Origin: Anaerolineae bacterium
GTDB taxonomy: Bacteria > Chloroflexota > Anaerolineae > Epilineales > Epilineaceae
DNA length: 64,000 nucleotides
Assembly: GCA_034432155.1 (NCBI GenBank)
Contig: DAOUCP010000113.1
Location: 40-64,039 of the forward strand
Reading direction: 5' to 3'
Each line of letters begins with the position of its first letter. Position 1 is the stretch's first letter. The notes below the pieces were generated by a model that saw nothing but the letters and a program-made list of their open reading frames with translations, did not search any database and had not been told where the DNA came from. A program made the translations under genes and the position numbers. Positions 40,771-49,867 of this stretch are shown here, piece by piece.

Positions 40771-42487
40771 GAACTTCTACCTGGACAATCCGGACCTGGT
40801 TCGCTACCTGGACAAGATCGACCTGTCCGAGGCCGTCGCTGTCCTGGAGGCAGACTATCGCTACGCCTCGGAGTACCCCGACGCCCCGCGTCACTATGCC
40901 GATGCCATCGACAACTACCGCCGGCTGCTGACCCTGCTGGGCGACATCGCTGCCAACTGCATCGCCCCTCGGGCGGCCGAGGCTGCCGAAGAGGGTTGCC
41001 GCATCGTCGATGGCCGTGTCGTCTACGCGCAGGCCAGCCAGGAAGCCCTGGCCGTCCTGCGGCAGGCAGAGCTCATGGGCGCCATGCTGCCGCGGGAGGT
41101 TGGCGGCCTGAACCTGCCGGAAACGGTCTACGAGATGATGATCGAGGTGGTGTCGCGCGCTGATGCTGGGTTGATGACGCTCTTCGGGCTGCAAGAGGTC
41201 TCGGCGACGATTGCCGAGTACGGGGATCCGGCCACCAAGGATCGCTTGCTGCCTCGCTTCGCCCGCGGGGAGGCCACCGGCGCAATGGTGCTGACGGAGC
41301 CGGATGCCGGTTCCGATCTGGGCGCCGTCCGAACCCGGGCCACTTTCGATGCCAGCAGTGGCATGTGGCGTCTGCGCGGGGTCAAGCGCTTCATCACCAA
41401 CGGCGGTGCCGACGTGCTGGTGGTGTTGGCGCGCTCGGAGCCCGACTCCGCGGATGCCCGCGGCCTGTCCTTGTTCGCTGTCGAGGCCGACGAGTCGGTG
41501 CATGTGCGTCGGCTCGAGCACAAGATGGGTCTGACGGCCTCGCCGACGTGCGAGATCGAGTTCCGAGACACACCCGCCCGGCTGATTGGGCGGCAGCGCT
41601 TTGGGCTCATCCGCTACGCCATGAGCATGATGAATGGTGCCCGGCTTGCGGTGTCGGCCCAGGCCGTCGGCATTGCCGAGGCAGCCTACCGCGAGGCGCT
41701 GCACTATGCGGAGAAGCGCGTCCAATTCGGCCGGCCGATCCTGGAACTGCCGGCGGTGTACCGGATGCTCCTCACCATGCGGTGTGAAATCGAGGCTATG
41801 CGGGCCTTGGCGTACGAAGCCGGCCGGTGGGTCGACCAACACAAGGCCCTCGAGCGTCGGAAGGAGCGGGGCACCTTGCCCTCGGACGGCCGGGAGCGAC
41901 TCAAGCAGGCCGAACGCCTGGCGGGTCTGCTAACCCCGATGGCCAAGTATCACGCCACCGAGATGGGCAACCGCGTCTGCTATCAGGCGGTGCAGGTCCA
42001 CGGCGGCGCGGGCTACATGCGCGAGTTCGCGGTCCAGCGACTGGCGCGTGAGATGCGGGTGACGAGCATTTACGAAGGCACGAGTCAGTTGCAGGTTGTG
42101 GCGGCCATCGGCGGCCTGCTGGGCCACGCCTTGGACGATTGGCTCGTCGAGCGGGCGGCCATCTCGGTGCCGGAGGCGCTCCGCCACGTTCGCGGCGGGC
42201 TCGAAGAGGCCACGGCCTGGCTGCACGAGTCGGCGGATCGGCTTCGCGGCCAAGACCCGCCGATCATCGATTACTATGCCGCGGACCTGATGGACCTGGC
42301 GGTCCATGTGGTGACCGGCTGGCTCATGCTCGAGGATGCCGCCGCGAGTGAGCGCAAGGAACAGGTGGCCCAGCTCTACCTGGCCGAAGCGTTGCCCCGG
42401 ATGCGTGCCTGGCGGGAGCGACTGGCTGCCTTGCAGACTACCCCCGACGAGGTGCGCGCCAAGGTCCTGCAGGGCGAAGGTAGCTGA
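40763..42487 (+). CDS. Acyl-CoA dehydrogenase (ETF-associated long form)
   Basis: LTEPDAGSDL, GVKRFITNG, KMG..ASPTCE, MNGARL, HGGAGY, IYEGTSQLQ; overlaps etfA stop. Confidence 0.92.
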   Translation: MAENFYLDNPDLVRYLDKIDLSEAVAVLEADYRYASEYPDAPRHYADAIDNYRRLLTLLGDIAANCIAPRAAEAAEEGCRIVDGRVVYAQASQEALAVLRQAELMGAMLPREVGGLNLPETVYEMMIEVVSRADAGLMTLFGLQEVSATIAEYGDPATKDRLLPRFARGEATGAMVLTEPDAGSDLGAVRTRATFDASSGMWRLRGVKRFITNGGADVLVVLARSEPDSADARGLSLFAVEADESVHVRRLEHKMGLTASPTCEIEFRDTPARLIGRQRFGLIRYAMSMMNGARLAVSAQAVGIAEAAYREALHYAEKRVQFGRPILELPAVYRMLLTMRCEIEAMRALAYEAGRWVDQHKALERRKERGTLPSDGRERLKQAERLAGLLTPMAKYHATEMGNRVCYQAVQVHGGAGYMREFAVQRLAREMRVTSIYEGTSQLQVVAAIGGLLGHALDDWLVERAAISVPEALRHVRGGLEEATAWLHESADRLRGQDPPIIDYYAADLMDLAVHVVTGWLMLEDAAASERKEQVAQLYLAEALPRMRAWRERLAALQTTPDEVRAKVLQGEGS

Positions 42488-42599
42488 CGCCTTCGACCGA
42501 ACTTCACATTCCGCCAGCCACGGCGTACCCTACCGGCCGCCCGACCCATCACGCTCCGGGCACCGTGTTCGGAGCTCGCTCGCGGGCTGGGAGAATGAC

Positions 42600-44231
42600 A
42601 TGAACAACACGCAGATCCGCATTCCGGTACCCCAGAACGAGCCGATCCGGCCGTACACGCCCGGTTCCCCCGAACGGGCCAGCCTGCAGGCCCGCCTTCG
42701 CCAGATGAAGAGCGAGTCGGTTGACATCCCGGTGGTCGTTGGCGGTCGGGAGATCCGGAGTGGGCGGACGGTCGAGATCCGTCCACCGCATGAGCGTTCG
42801 CACTGCTTGGGCGTATACCACCGCGCTGGGCCCGACGAGGTCCAACTGGCCATCGATGCCGCCCTGGAGGCTCGCCGCACGTGGAGTCGCATGGACTGGG
42901 CGGCGCGGGCAGCCATTTTCCTGAAGGCGGCCGACCTTCTCGCCGGGCCATGGCGCGACACGGCCAATGCTGCCACGATGCTGGGCCAGAGCAAGAACGT
43001 CTTCCAGGCGGAAATCGATTCGGCGTGCGAGCTCATCGACTTCTGGCGCTTCAACGTGGCATACGGTCAGATGATCTACGAGGACCAGCCGGCGTCGCCG
43101 CGTGGCACCTGGAACCGGATGCAGTATCGGCCCCTCGAGGGGTTCGTCTTCGCCGTTCCGCCCTTCAACTTCACCTCGATTGGCGGCAACCTACCTACTG
43201 CGCCGGCCATCATGGGCAATGCCGTGATCTGGAAGCCGGCCTCGACGGCCGTGCTCTCGAACTACATCGTGTTCCGTGTTCTGGAAGAGGCGGGTCTGCC
43301 GCCAGGCGTCATTAACTTCGTGCCCGGCAGTGGCGCGGAGGTGGGAGATCCGGTGTTCGCCTCCTCGCACTTCGCAGGGCTGCACTTCACCGGGTCGGTC
43401 GCCACCTTCGACACCATGTGGCAGACCATCGGCGCCAACATCGGTCGCTACCGGACGTATCCCAGAATCGTAGGCGAGACGGGTGGCAAGGACTTCATCG
43501 TGGCCCACCCCTCAGCCGACGTAGCGGCGCTGGTGACCGCCGCCGTGCGGGGCGCCTTCGAGTACCAAGGCCAGAAGTGCTCGGCCGCCTCGCGCATGTA
43601 CGTGCCGGACACCCTCTGGCCCGAGGTCCGGGACCGCATGCTGGCCGAATTGGCGACGATACGAGTGGGCCCGGTCGACGATTTCCAGAACTTCATGAAC
43701 GCCGTCATCGACGCCAAGGCCTTCCGCGACATCACTGCGCACATCGAACGGGCTCGTTCCTCGCCGGCCTGCAAGATCCTTGCCGGGGGTGGCTACTCGG
43801 ACGCCGAGGGCTACTTCATCGAGCCCACGGTAGTGTTGGTCAGCGACCCCAAGGACGCGATCATGCAGGAGGAGATCTTCGGCCCAGTGCTGGCCGTCTA
43901 CGTATACCCCGAGGCGCAGTGGCCCGAGACGCTGCGCCTGGTGGACGAGACGTCACCGTACGGCCTCACCGGCTCCGTGTTTGCCCGCGACCGCTGGGCG
44001 ATCGTCCAAGCGACCGAGGCGCTGGAGAATGCCGCCGGCAACTTCTACATCAACGACAAGCCCACCGGTGCCGTGGTTGGCCAGCAACCCTTCGGCGGTG
44101 CCCGCAAGTCCGGCACCGACGACAAGGCCGGCTCGTACCTCAACCTGGTGCGCTGGGTGGCGGCACGAGCCATCAAGGAGACCTTCGACCCGCCCCGGGA
44201 CTACCGGTACCCTTTCTTGGCCCCGGACTAG
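42600..44231 (+). CDS. pruA: L-glutamate gamma-semialdehyde (1-pyrroline-5-carboxylate) dehydrogenase
   Basis: EIDSACELIDF.RFN, PFNFTSI, FTGS, GETGGKDF, FEYQGQKCSAASR, EEIFGP, GNFYINDKPTGAVVGQQPFGG. Confidence 0.95.
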   Translation: MNNTQIRIPVPQNEPIRPYTPGSPERASLQARLRQMKSESVDIPVVVGGREIRSGRTVEIRPPHERSHCLGVYHRAGPDEVQLAIDAALEARRTWSRMDWAARAAIFLKAADLLAGPWRDTANAATMLGQSKNVFQAEIDSACELIDFWRFNVAYGQMIYEDQPASPRGTWNRMQYRPLEGFVFAVPPFNFTSIGGNLPTAPAIMGNAVIWKPASTAVLSNYIVFRVLEEAGLPPGVINFVPGSGAEVGDPVFASSHFAGLHFTGSVATFDTMWQTIGANIGRYRTYPRIVGETGGKDFIVAHPSADVAALVTAAVRGAFEYQGQKCSAASRMYVPDTLWPEVRDRMLAELATIRVGPVDDFQNFMNAVIDAKAFRDITAHIERARSSPACKILAGGGYSDAEGYFIEPTVVLVSDPKDAIMQEEIFGPVLAVYVYPEAQWPETLRLVDETSPYGLTGSVFARDRWAIVQATEALENAAGNFYINDKPTGAVVGQQPFGGARKSGTDDKAGSYLNLVRWVAARAIKETFDPPRDYRYPFLAPD

Positions 44232-44278
44232 TCCTGGAGCCAGCGTTTGCGCCCCGCGCAGCCGTGTGACTCTCGGCG

Positions 44279-44306
44279 AAGCAACGGGAAGCTTTTCCCG
44301 ATGCTT
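44279..44306 (+). terminator. Hairpin downstream of pruA, possible terminator
   Basis: aagcaacgggaa-gctt-ttcccgatgctt, one mismatch; no long U tract. Confidence 0.45.
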
Positions 44307-44768
44307 AGCACTAGGTAAAGGCACTGGCTTCGCATACCACCCTGCCAGGCAGGGAGTCTAGTGGGCGCGATGCACCGGTGCCGGCTGCTTCGCCCAAGGG
44401 GCCTTGCCGAGCGTCACGTCAGCGGCTGTTCCGGCAGCGACGAGCTGCTGGTACCCTTGCTGGACCACGTCCATCGCCATGCGGCCGGCGCCGGCGTCGG
44501 GGCGTCGCACCATGGGATGGGGGAGCCAGCGGACCGAGCCCCTTGGCCCATACGGGGCTCCGGGGCATACCCTGCCGCTCAACACCGGACCGGCAGACCG
44601 GCGCCCGCTGACGAACCACTTGGAAACAGTGCTGGCCAGTGCTGTACGAGAAGCGGCCGCCGCTACGGAGGCGCGACCTACTCCGCAAGGCAGCCGCCGG
44701 CGGCGGCCAGGAGGGGACGTATGCTTCGATCTCCTGACCGTTGGATGGCAGCCGAAAGGAGGGGCCGG

Positions 44769-45629
44769 ATGCGCGCATTTCTGGTAACCCCAACCGTGGC
44801 AGCCGCTGGGCTGCTCCTTGCTGGACCCTCGGGGGCGGTGGTGGCCGAGCGACCAAGCCGGCAGGCGCCGGCGCCCGCAAATGGGCCGCTCGTTGGCCAC
44901 TGGCTCGTGGCAGTGCTTGGAAGGGCCAAGGACGTCCTCTGGTTGGCCCGTAACGCTGTTTGCTCTGGACATGGTGTCACGCAGGTTGGGGGTAAGAATC
45001 AGCCAAACGGCCGTCGTGACGTACCGCGACGGCACTTGACAAGGACAGCAGAGCCCCTTTGCCCAAGGGATGCCCTGCCCTGGCTGCTGGCGGTCCTTGT
45101 ACGATGTGGACATGGTGTCCGAGTCGGAGGGCTGGATCGTGGGCGAGCGGGGGCGATGCTCCACTACCAAGACGGCGAGTGGCAGGTGGTGACGCCGCCC
45201 CCGGATGCGGCGGAGGCGTGGACCCGCGCTATCCGCATGGTCGCTGCGATGGAAGGGTGGGCGGTTGCCGACAGGCTGTTTCTCCACTACCCCAAGGGCG
45301 CATGGGAAGGCGTCCCCAGCCCGACCACGCAGGCGCGGAAGGTCATCGACAAGGTGAGCGCCGGCGAAGGGTGGGCGGCAACGACGGAGGGCACCTTCGT
45401 CCACTACGCCGGTGGCAGCTGGCAAGTAGCCGACAGGCCGATTACGGAGGCGATCGATGACCTGGACATGGCCTCCTCCGATCGTGGCTGGGGCGCGGCC
45501 GAGTGCTCGCCCTGCAGGAACGATGGGATGCGCTACGCGGCCGGCCAAGGGACGCTCGAGCGGCACGGCTTGTACCTACCTGGGCTGAGCAAGCTTGCGC
45601 CATGGCGCGGTGCAGCGGCGAGGGATTGA
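44769..45629 (+). pseudogene. Secreted beta-propeller-like repeat protein pseudogene (two frameshifts, one nonsense codon)
   Basis: AGGAGG RBS; signal peptide; repeated (L/V)DMVS..EGW.V...(H/T)Y.DG.W units split across frames; TGA at 45037-45039; G-run shift near 45150; ends GLYLPGL. Confidence 0.7.
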
Positions 45630-45836
45630 TCCCGGACCGCCACGGCGGGGCCTGCGTTGTCCGCGGGAGGCAGTCCAGCGTCTCCTCTACCGGCACTCCG
45701 TGTGGAGCGCGATCGTCGGCCGCGCGCCACATGTGCCGGCGGGCAGGACTCGTCACTGCTGCCGTCCCCGGGCCTGCCCTGGCGGGCAGAACTTGTCACC
45801 GCTGTCGTCGCCTAGCCTGCCCTGGCGGGACGGGCA

Positions 45837-46538
45837 TCAGGGAAGCAACGCCAGGACAGTAGCCGGCGCCCCCGTCCCACCACGCAGTCGCAACGGGCCC
45901 AGCACCACGGTGGCGCCGCGGCTCGGAAGCTCGTCCACGCGCGCCAGGTTCTCGACGACCAGGCGATCGTGGGCAAGCACCAAGCGGCTGACGGCATAGG
46001 TGCGGTCGGCCCCCACTTCGAGGCCAGCGGTGTCGGTTGCCAGCCCGGCGACCCCACGTTCCAGCAACAAGCAGGCCGCCTGTTCGCCGAAGCCCGGGAA
46101 ATGCAGGCCGCCAGAGTCGTCGAGACCCAGGTAGTCACGGGGCGCCGACCAGCGACGGTGCCAGCCAGTGTGCAGGATCACCAGCACCCCGGCCTCGACC
46201 TTCCCATGGCGAGCCTCCCAGCGAAGCAGATCATCGGCCGACAGAGCATAGTCGCTCGCCAAGGCGGCCTTCTCCTGGACGTCGATCACCACCGCCGGGT
46301 GCACGAGCCGGGCCGCTGCCAGCTCATCGATGCCCCAGCCAGCCTCCTCGTAGCTCGAGCGGGCAACGAGATGCGTGCCGGCATGTTCGCCGAACGAAAC
46401 GCGGCGCAGCCGGTAGCCGTCGGTCGCTAGCGAGGCCACCAACTCGGCGCTGAGCGCTGGATCGCCGGGCCAGTGCGGCATGCCCGGCTCGAGCACGTGG
46501 CTGAGGTAGACGATGCGCTGGTACCGAATGGTGTGCAT
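45837..46538 (-). CDS. Cyclase family protein (kynurenine formamidase-like metal-dependent hydrolase)
   Basis: P.WPGDP, GEHAGTH, VILHTGW, HFPGF, LATDT, VENLA..L, PL.L.GGTGAP. Confidence 0.88.
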   Translation of the reverse strand: MHTIRYQRIVYLSHVLEPGMPHWPGDPALSAELVASLATDGYRLRRVSFGEHAGTHLVARSSYEEAGWGIDELAAARLVHPAVVIDVQEKAALASDYALSADDLLRWEARHGKVEAGVLVILHTGWHRRWSAPRDYLGLDDSGGLHFPGFGEQAACLLLERGVAGLATDTAGLEVGADRTYAVSRLVLAHDRLVVENLARVDELPSRGATVVLGPLRLRGGTGAPATVLALLP

Positions 46539-46716
46539 GTGGAGCTCCTTCGAGCACGTGGCAAGGCGGCGAGAGATCTCGTGGCGGCCGTCGTTCCGGC
46601 GGGCGCAACAGCCGGTTTACGTGGCGATTGTGGAACCGAACGGCTCCGCGAGGCAACGAGGCGGTCGGGGCATGCAGAGGACCGCCAGGGCGCCTGCTAT
46701 AATTCAGCTCCAGCCG

Positions 46717-47877
46717 ATGGCGCTCGAGACGAGTTCCCTGCCCGTACCTGCCCTTGCGCGCCCGCCGCATCAGCGTGTGGGCCGTTTCTTGTTGGCCGTG
46801 GCGCTGCTTCTGATCCTGGCAGAGCTGGCAGCCGTGGCAGCCCTGATCGCCTTCACCCTCTTTCGGCTGACCGACGGCCACGCCTCGCCCTCTGGGATGC
46901 GCCGCCGACCAGCGTTCCTGATGCCCCTGCCGGGGAGCAACCCGGACCGGGTCGAGATCAACGTGTGGGACCATCACGGGCCTTTGAACGTGCTCCTCAT
47001 TGGGCTCGACGCCGACGATTGCGCCGTCCAGGGCAGTACCACCATGGCACGACGCGCAGATACGATCATCGTCGTCCGCATCGATCCCCAGACCAAACGC
47101 GCCGCCATGCTGTCGATCCCCCGCGACCTCTATGTCGCTATTCCCGGCCACGGCGCACGCAAGATCAACACCGCGCATGTCCACGGGGAGCTGGATCGGA
47201 GCCTACCCGGCGGCGGACCACAGCTCTTGGCCGAAACGATCGAGGCCAACTTCGATATCCCGATCCATCGGTACGCCCGCGTGGATTTCGCCGGCTTCGA
47301 GCGGATCATCGATGCCGTGGGCGGCATCGACATCGTCGTGCCGCCGTCACCGCGCGATCCGCGGATTGGCCTCTTGGACAGCGAGTATCCGGACGGCCAT
47401 TGCGGCACCATCACTGTCTGGTTCCCACCGGGGCCCCAACACCTTGATGGCCAGCGTGCCTTACAGTACGCCCGATCCCGCAAGTCGACGAGCGATTTCG
47501 ATCGCTCGCGGCGCCAGATGCAGGTTCTGCTGGCGCTGCGGCAACGCGCACTAAGCCTGGGTGCCGTTCGACACTTGCCCGAACTGGTGCCAGCTCTGAT
47601 GGACGCGGTGGATACCGACTTCACAGCGGCGGAACTCATCTCCCTGGCTCGGCTCCTGCCTGCGGTTGGCGCCGACGCGCCCACCTACTCCCTGGACGAG
47701 CAATCGCTGTACGCCGAGATGCTGGTCATCGACGGCGTTCCGCAGGCCACCTTGCGGCCCGACCCTAGCGCCCTGGCTGTCGTTCTCCACAGCTTCATGG
47801 CGCTGCAGCCGCCCACCCCCACACCCCAGCCGAGCGGTACGTTGGTGCCGAGCGTGCCAGGCGTTCCGACACCGTAA
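46717..47877 (+). CDS. LCP (LytR-CpsA-Psr) family cell-wall glycopolymer transferase
   Basis: TM anchor; NVLLIGLD, RADTII, MLSIPRDLYV, KIN, VDFAGF..IIDAVGG, ALQYARSR, DFDR.RRQ; TGcTATAAT at 46695-46703. Confidence 0.92.
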   Translation: MALETSSLPVPALARPPHQRVGRFLLAVALLLILAELAAVAALIAFTLFRLTDGHASPSGMRRRPAFLMPLPGSNPDRVEINVWDHHGPLNVLLIGLDADDCAVQGSTTMARRADTIIVVRIDPQTKRAAMLSIPRDLYVAIPGHGARKINTAHVHGELDRSLPGGGPQLLAETIEANFDIPIHRYARVDFAGFERIIDAVGGIDIVVPPSPRDPRIGLLDSEYPDGHCGTITVWFPPGPQHLDGQRALQYARSRKSTSDFDRSRRQMQVLLALRQRALSLGAVRHLPELVPALMDAVDTDFTAAELISLARLLPAVGADAPTYSLDEQSLYAEMLVIDGVPQATLRPDPSALAVVLHSFMALQPPTPTPQPSGTLVPSVPGVPTP

Positions 47878-47902
47878 GCCGGGCAGGAAGAGAGACAAGC
47901 GC

Positions 47903-48940
47903 TTGGCGGAGTCTCTTGCCTTGCTGCGGCTCGCCCACGCCGCAGGGCGCCTGGGCGAGGCGCAGGCACGGGCGGTGGCCACAGCGCTGCGTCAGCGAAC
48001 GTCCGACTTGGCGATCTCGCTGATCCCGGTGGCGGCAGATCCATTCGGCCAGGCTCGCCGTTCCGGCCAGGGCGAGACGGCGAAGACCGACTCCCTGGGG
48101 CGCGCCCTGCAAACCGGTCTGGCCGATGCCGCGGTGCGGAACGCCGCCGACTATCCGTTCGGCCTGGGCGACGAGTCCATGACGGTGGTCGCTCTGCCGC
48201 GCTACGACCCTCGGGACGCCTTGGTGTCCCGCAACCACAAAAGCTTCAGCTACCTGCCGCCGGCAGCCGCCGTCATCACCTGTGGTGCCCATCGCCGTGC
48301 CCAGCTGCTCCGCCGCCGTCACGATCTCTCGGTGACGCTTACTGCCGCATCTGCCGAATCTCTGCTCGCCCTCCTGGATGCAGGTGCTTGCGACGCGGTG
48401 GTCGTGGCCGGGAGCGAGCTGCTCTGGCTGGACCTCCAGGTGCGCGTGACGGAGGCCATCGACACCGACTTGTTGATCCCGGCCGCCGGTCAGGGCGCCC
48501 TGCTCGTCCAGACTGCAGCCGAGGGACCGGCCGCCGAGGCGGTCGCGGTGCTGCACGACGTGGCCAGTGCTCATGCGTTGCAGGCCGAGCAGGCATGCAT
48601 GCGGCGCCTGGGCCCGCCCGTCGACGCCGCGGTAGCCATCCATGCTGCCACGGAGGACGAGGACGTGCTGATGCACGGCATTGTGGCCGAGCTCGAAGGT
48701 GGCCATGCGGCCCGCCTGCGCTGGCGTGGCCCCCGGCGGGCGGCCGAGGACACGGGGGCCACAATGGCCGAGCTTTTGCTCGCCGCCGGTGGTCGCGAGA
48801 TCTTGGCCGGCCTGCCCTTGGAGTCCACGGGCCGCTACACCTTCCGCATCGCCGAGCCCGGCTTCGGCCGATCGTCGCCGGAGCTTACCGACGATGAGCG
48901 GTTCCCCCTCGATGGCCGCGACTGTGGCGGACGGCCGTAG
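47903..48940 (+). CDS. HemC (porphobilinogen deaminase)-like protein lacking cofactor Cys and most catalytic Arg/Lys residues
   Basis: Full-length collinear similarity (R.DPRDALVS, RRAQL, G..DAVVVA, PAAGQGAL, AE.A...RL, G...AE.LL..GGREIL) but HSMKD is RNAAD, RGNV..RL is AASA..LL, and GGCQVP is GPPVDA. Confidence 0.8.
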   Translation: MAESLALLRLAHAAGRLGEAQARAVATALRQRTSDLAISLIPVAADPFGQARRSGQGETAKTDSLGRALQTGLADAAVRNAADYPFGLGDESMTVVALPRYDPRDALVSRNHKSFSYLPPAAAVITCGAHRRAQLLRRRHDLSVTLTAASAESLLALLDAGACDAVVVAGSELLWLDLQVRVTEAIDTDLLIPAAGQGALLVQTAAEGPAAEAVAVLHDVASAHALQAEQACMRRLGPPVDAAVAIHAATEDEDVLMHGIVAELEGGHAARLRWRGPRRAAEDTGATMAELLLAAGGREILAGLPLESTGRYTFRIAEPGFGRSSPELTDDERFPLDGRDCGGRP

Positions 48941-49081
48941 GCGATTCCTCCGCCACACAAGCCGTGCGCGATAGAGGCGGCTCCTCGCCATGCTCCGACC
49001 ACGGGGGCCACGGAATGCAGGTATCGTCCTGCTCGGACCATGGGAACCCCGCTGTGCACCGTCCGTCATGCCGAGACCAGG

Positions 49082-49196
49082 GGCCACGGTGTGCACTGCC
49101 CGCGACGCTGGGACCACCTTGGCCGCGGTGTGCGCCCCCACGACGCTGGGACCACGTCGGCCACGGGGTGAACCTCCCGCCCGTACGGGACGCTTG
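49082..49196. repeat. About three imperfect 38-39 bp direct repeats (ggcc(a/g)cgg.gtg...cgacgctgggaccac)
   Basis: Units start at 49082, 49121 and 49159. Confidence 0.55.
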
Positions 49197-49210
49197 GCGC
49201 AGCGGCAAAG

Positions 49211-49239
49211 TTGACTCACCAGATGGTTAGTGCTATATT
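49211..49239 (+). promoter_or_regulatory. Near-consensus sigma70 promoter of the LysM gene (TTGACT-17-TATATT, extended TG)
   Basis: -35 at 49211-49216, -10 at 49234-49239. Confidence 0.75.
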
Positions 49240-49324
49240 AAGGCGGCTCTGCTCGCGAGGCGGTTGGAGGTCATGGCGCAACGCTCGTGGCCGCTGCCAC
49301 CGCCAACAGATGGAGGGAAGCATC

Positions 49325-49840
49325 ATGGCCACGCGAGGCCGCTTGGTTCTACTTGTCGTCCTGTTGACCACGGTTGTGCTGGCGGCAGGTCAGGCCAACA
49401 CCGTCAGCGCCCAGGGCGGCATGCACTGCGTGCGTCCGGGCGAGACCTTGTACCGCATCGGCGCCATGTACAACGTGTCGCCCTACCTGATCGCCCACGT
49501 CAACGGCATTCCCAACCCAGCGTACATCCGGGCTGGTTCGTGCCTGCGCATTCCGCCGGCCTTCGGCACGTTCGGCTGTCAGTACCCGGGTTGCCAACCC
49601 AAGCCCGTCATACAGCCTTGCTATCCGCAGCCGTGCCAGCCAAAGCCGGTTGTGCAGCCTTGCCGGCCGCCAGCATGCGGCGGTCCCTCGTATACGCGCT
49701 ACTGCGTGCGGCCCTGCGACACCCTATTTGCCATCGGCCGACGCTTCGGCGTGTCGCCTTGGGCAATCGCCAGCCTGAACGGCTTGACCAATCCGAACTA
49801 CATCCGCGTTGGTCAGTGCTTGCTGATCCCTACTCGCTAG
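49325..49840 (+). CDS. Secreted two-LysM protein with Cys/Pro/Gln-rich linker
   Basis: GGAGG RBS; signal peptide; V.PG(C)(E/D)TL..I...(Y/F).VS...IA..NG..NP.YI..G..L.IP twice; 11 Cys. Confidence 0.9.
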   Translation: MATRGRLVLLVVLLTTVVLAAGQANTVSAQGGMHCVRPGETLYRIGAMYNVSPYLIAHVNGIPNPAYIRAGSCLRIPPAFGTFGCQYPGCQPKPVIQPCYPQPCQPKPVVQPCRPPACGGPSYTRYCVRPCDTLFAIGRRFGVSPWAIASLNGLTNPNYIRVGQCLLIPTR

Positions 49841-49867
49841 CAGGTGCCGGGCCTGGCGCGCACCAAA

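Noticed and set aside
44240-44760. Gene between pruA and the 44769 pseudogene
   Set aside because: Several short overlapping ORFs, none with a motif or convincing codon bias.
49240-49324. c-di-AMP (ydaO) riboswitch upstream of the LysM gene
   Set aside because: The leader is only about 80 nt and lacks the conserved ydaO motifs; only a generic GC hairpin is present.
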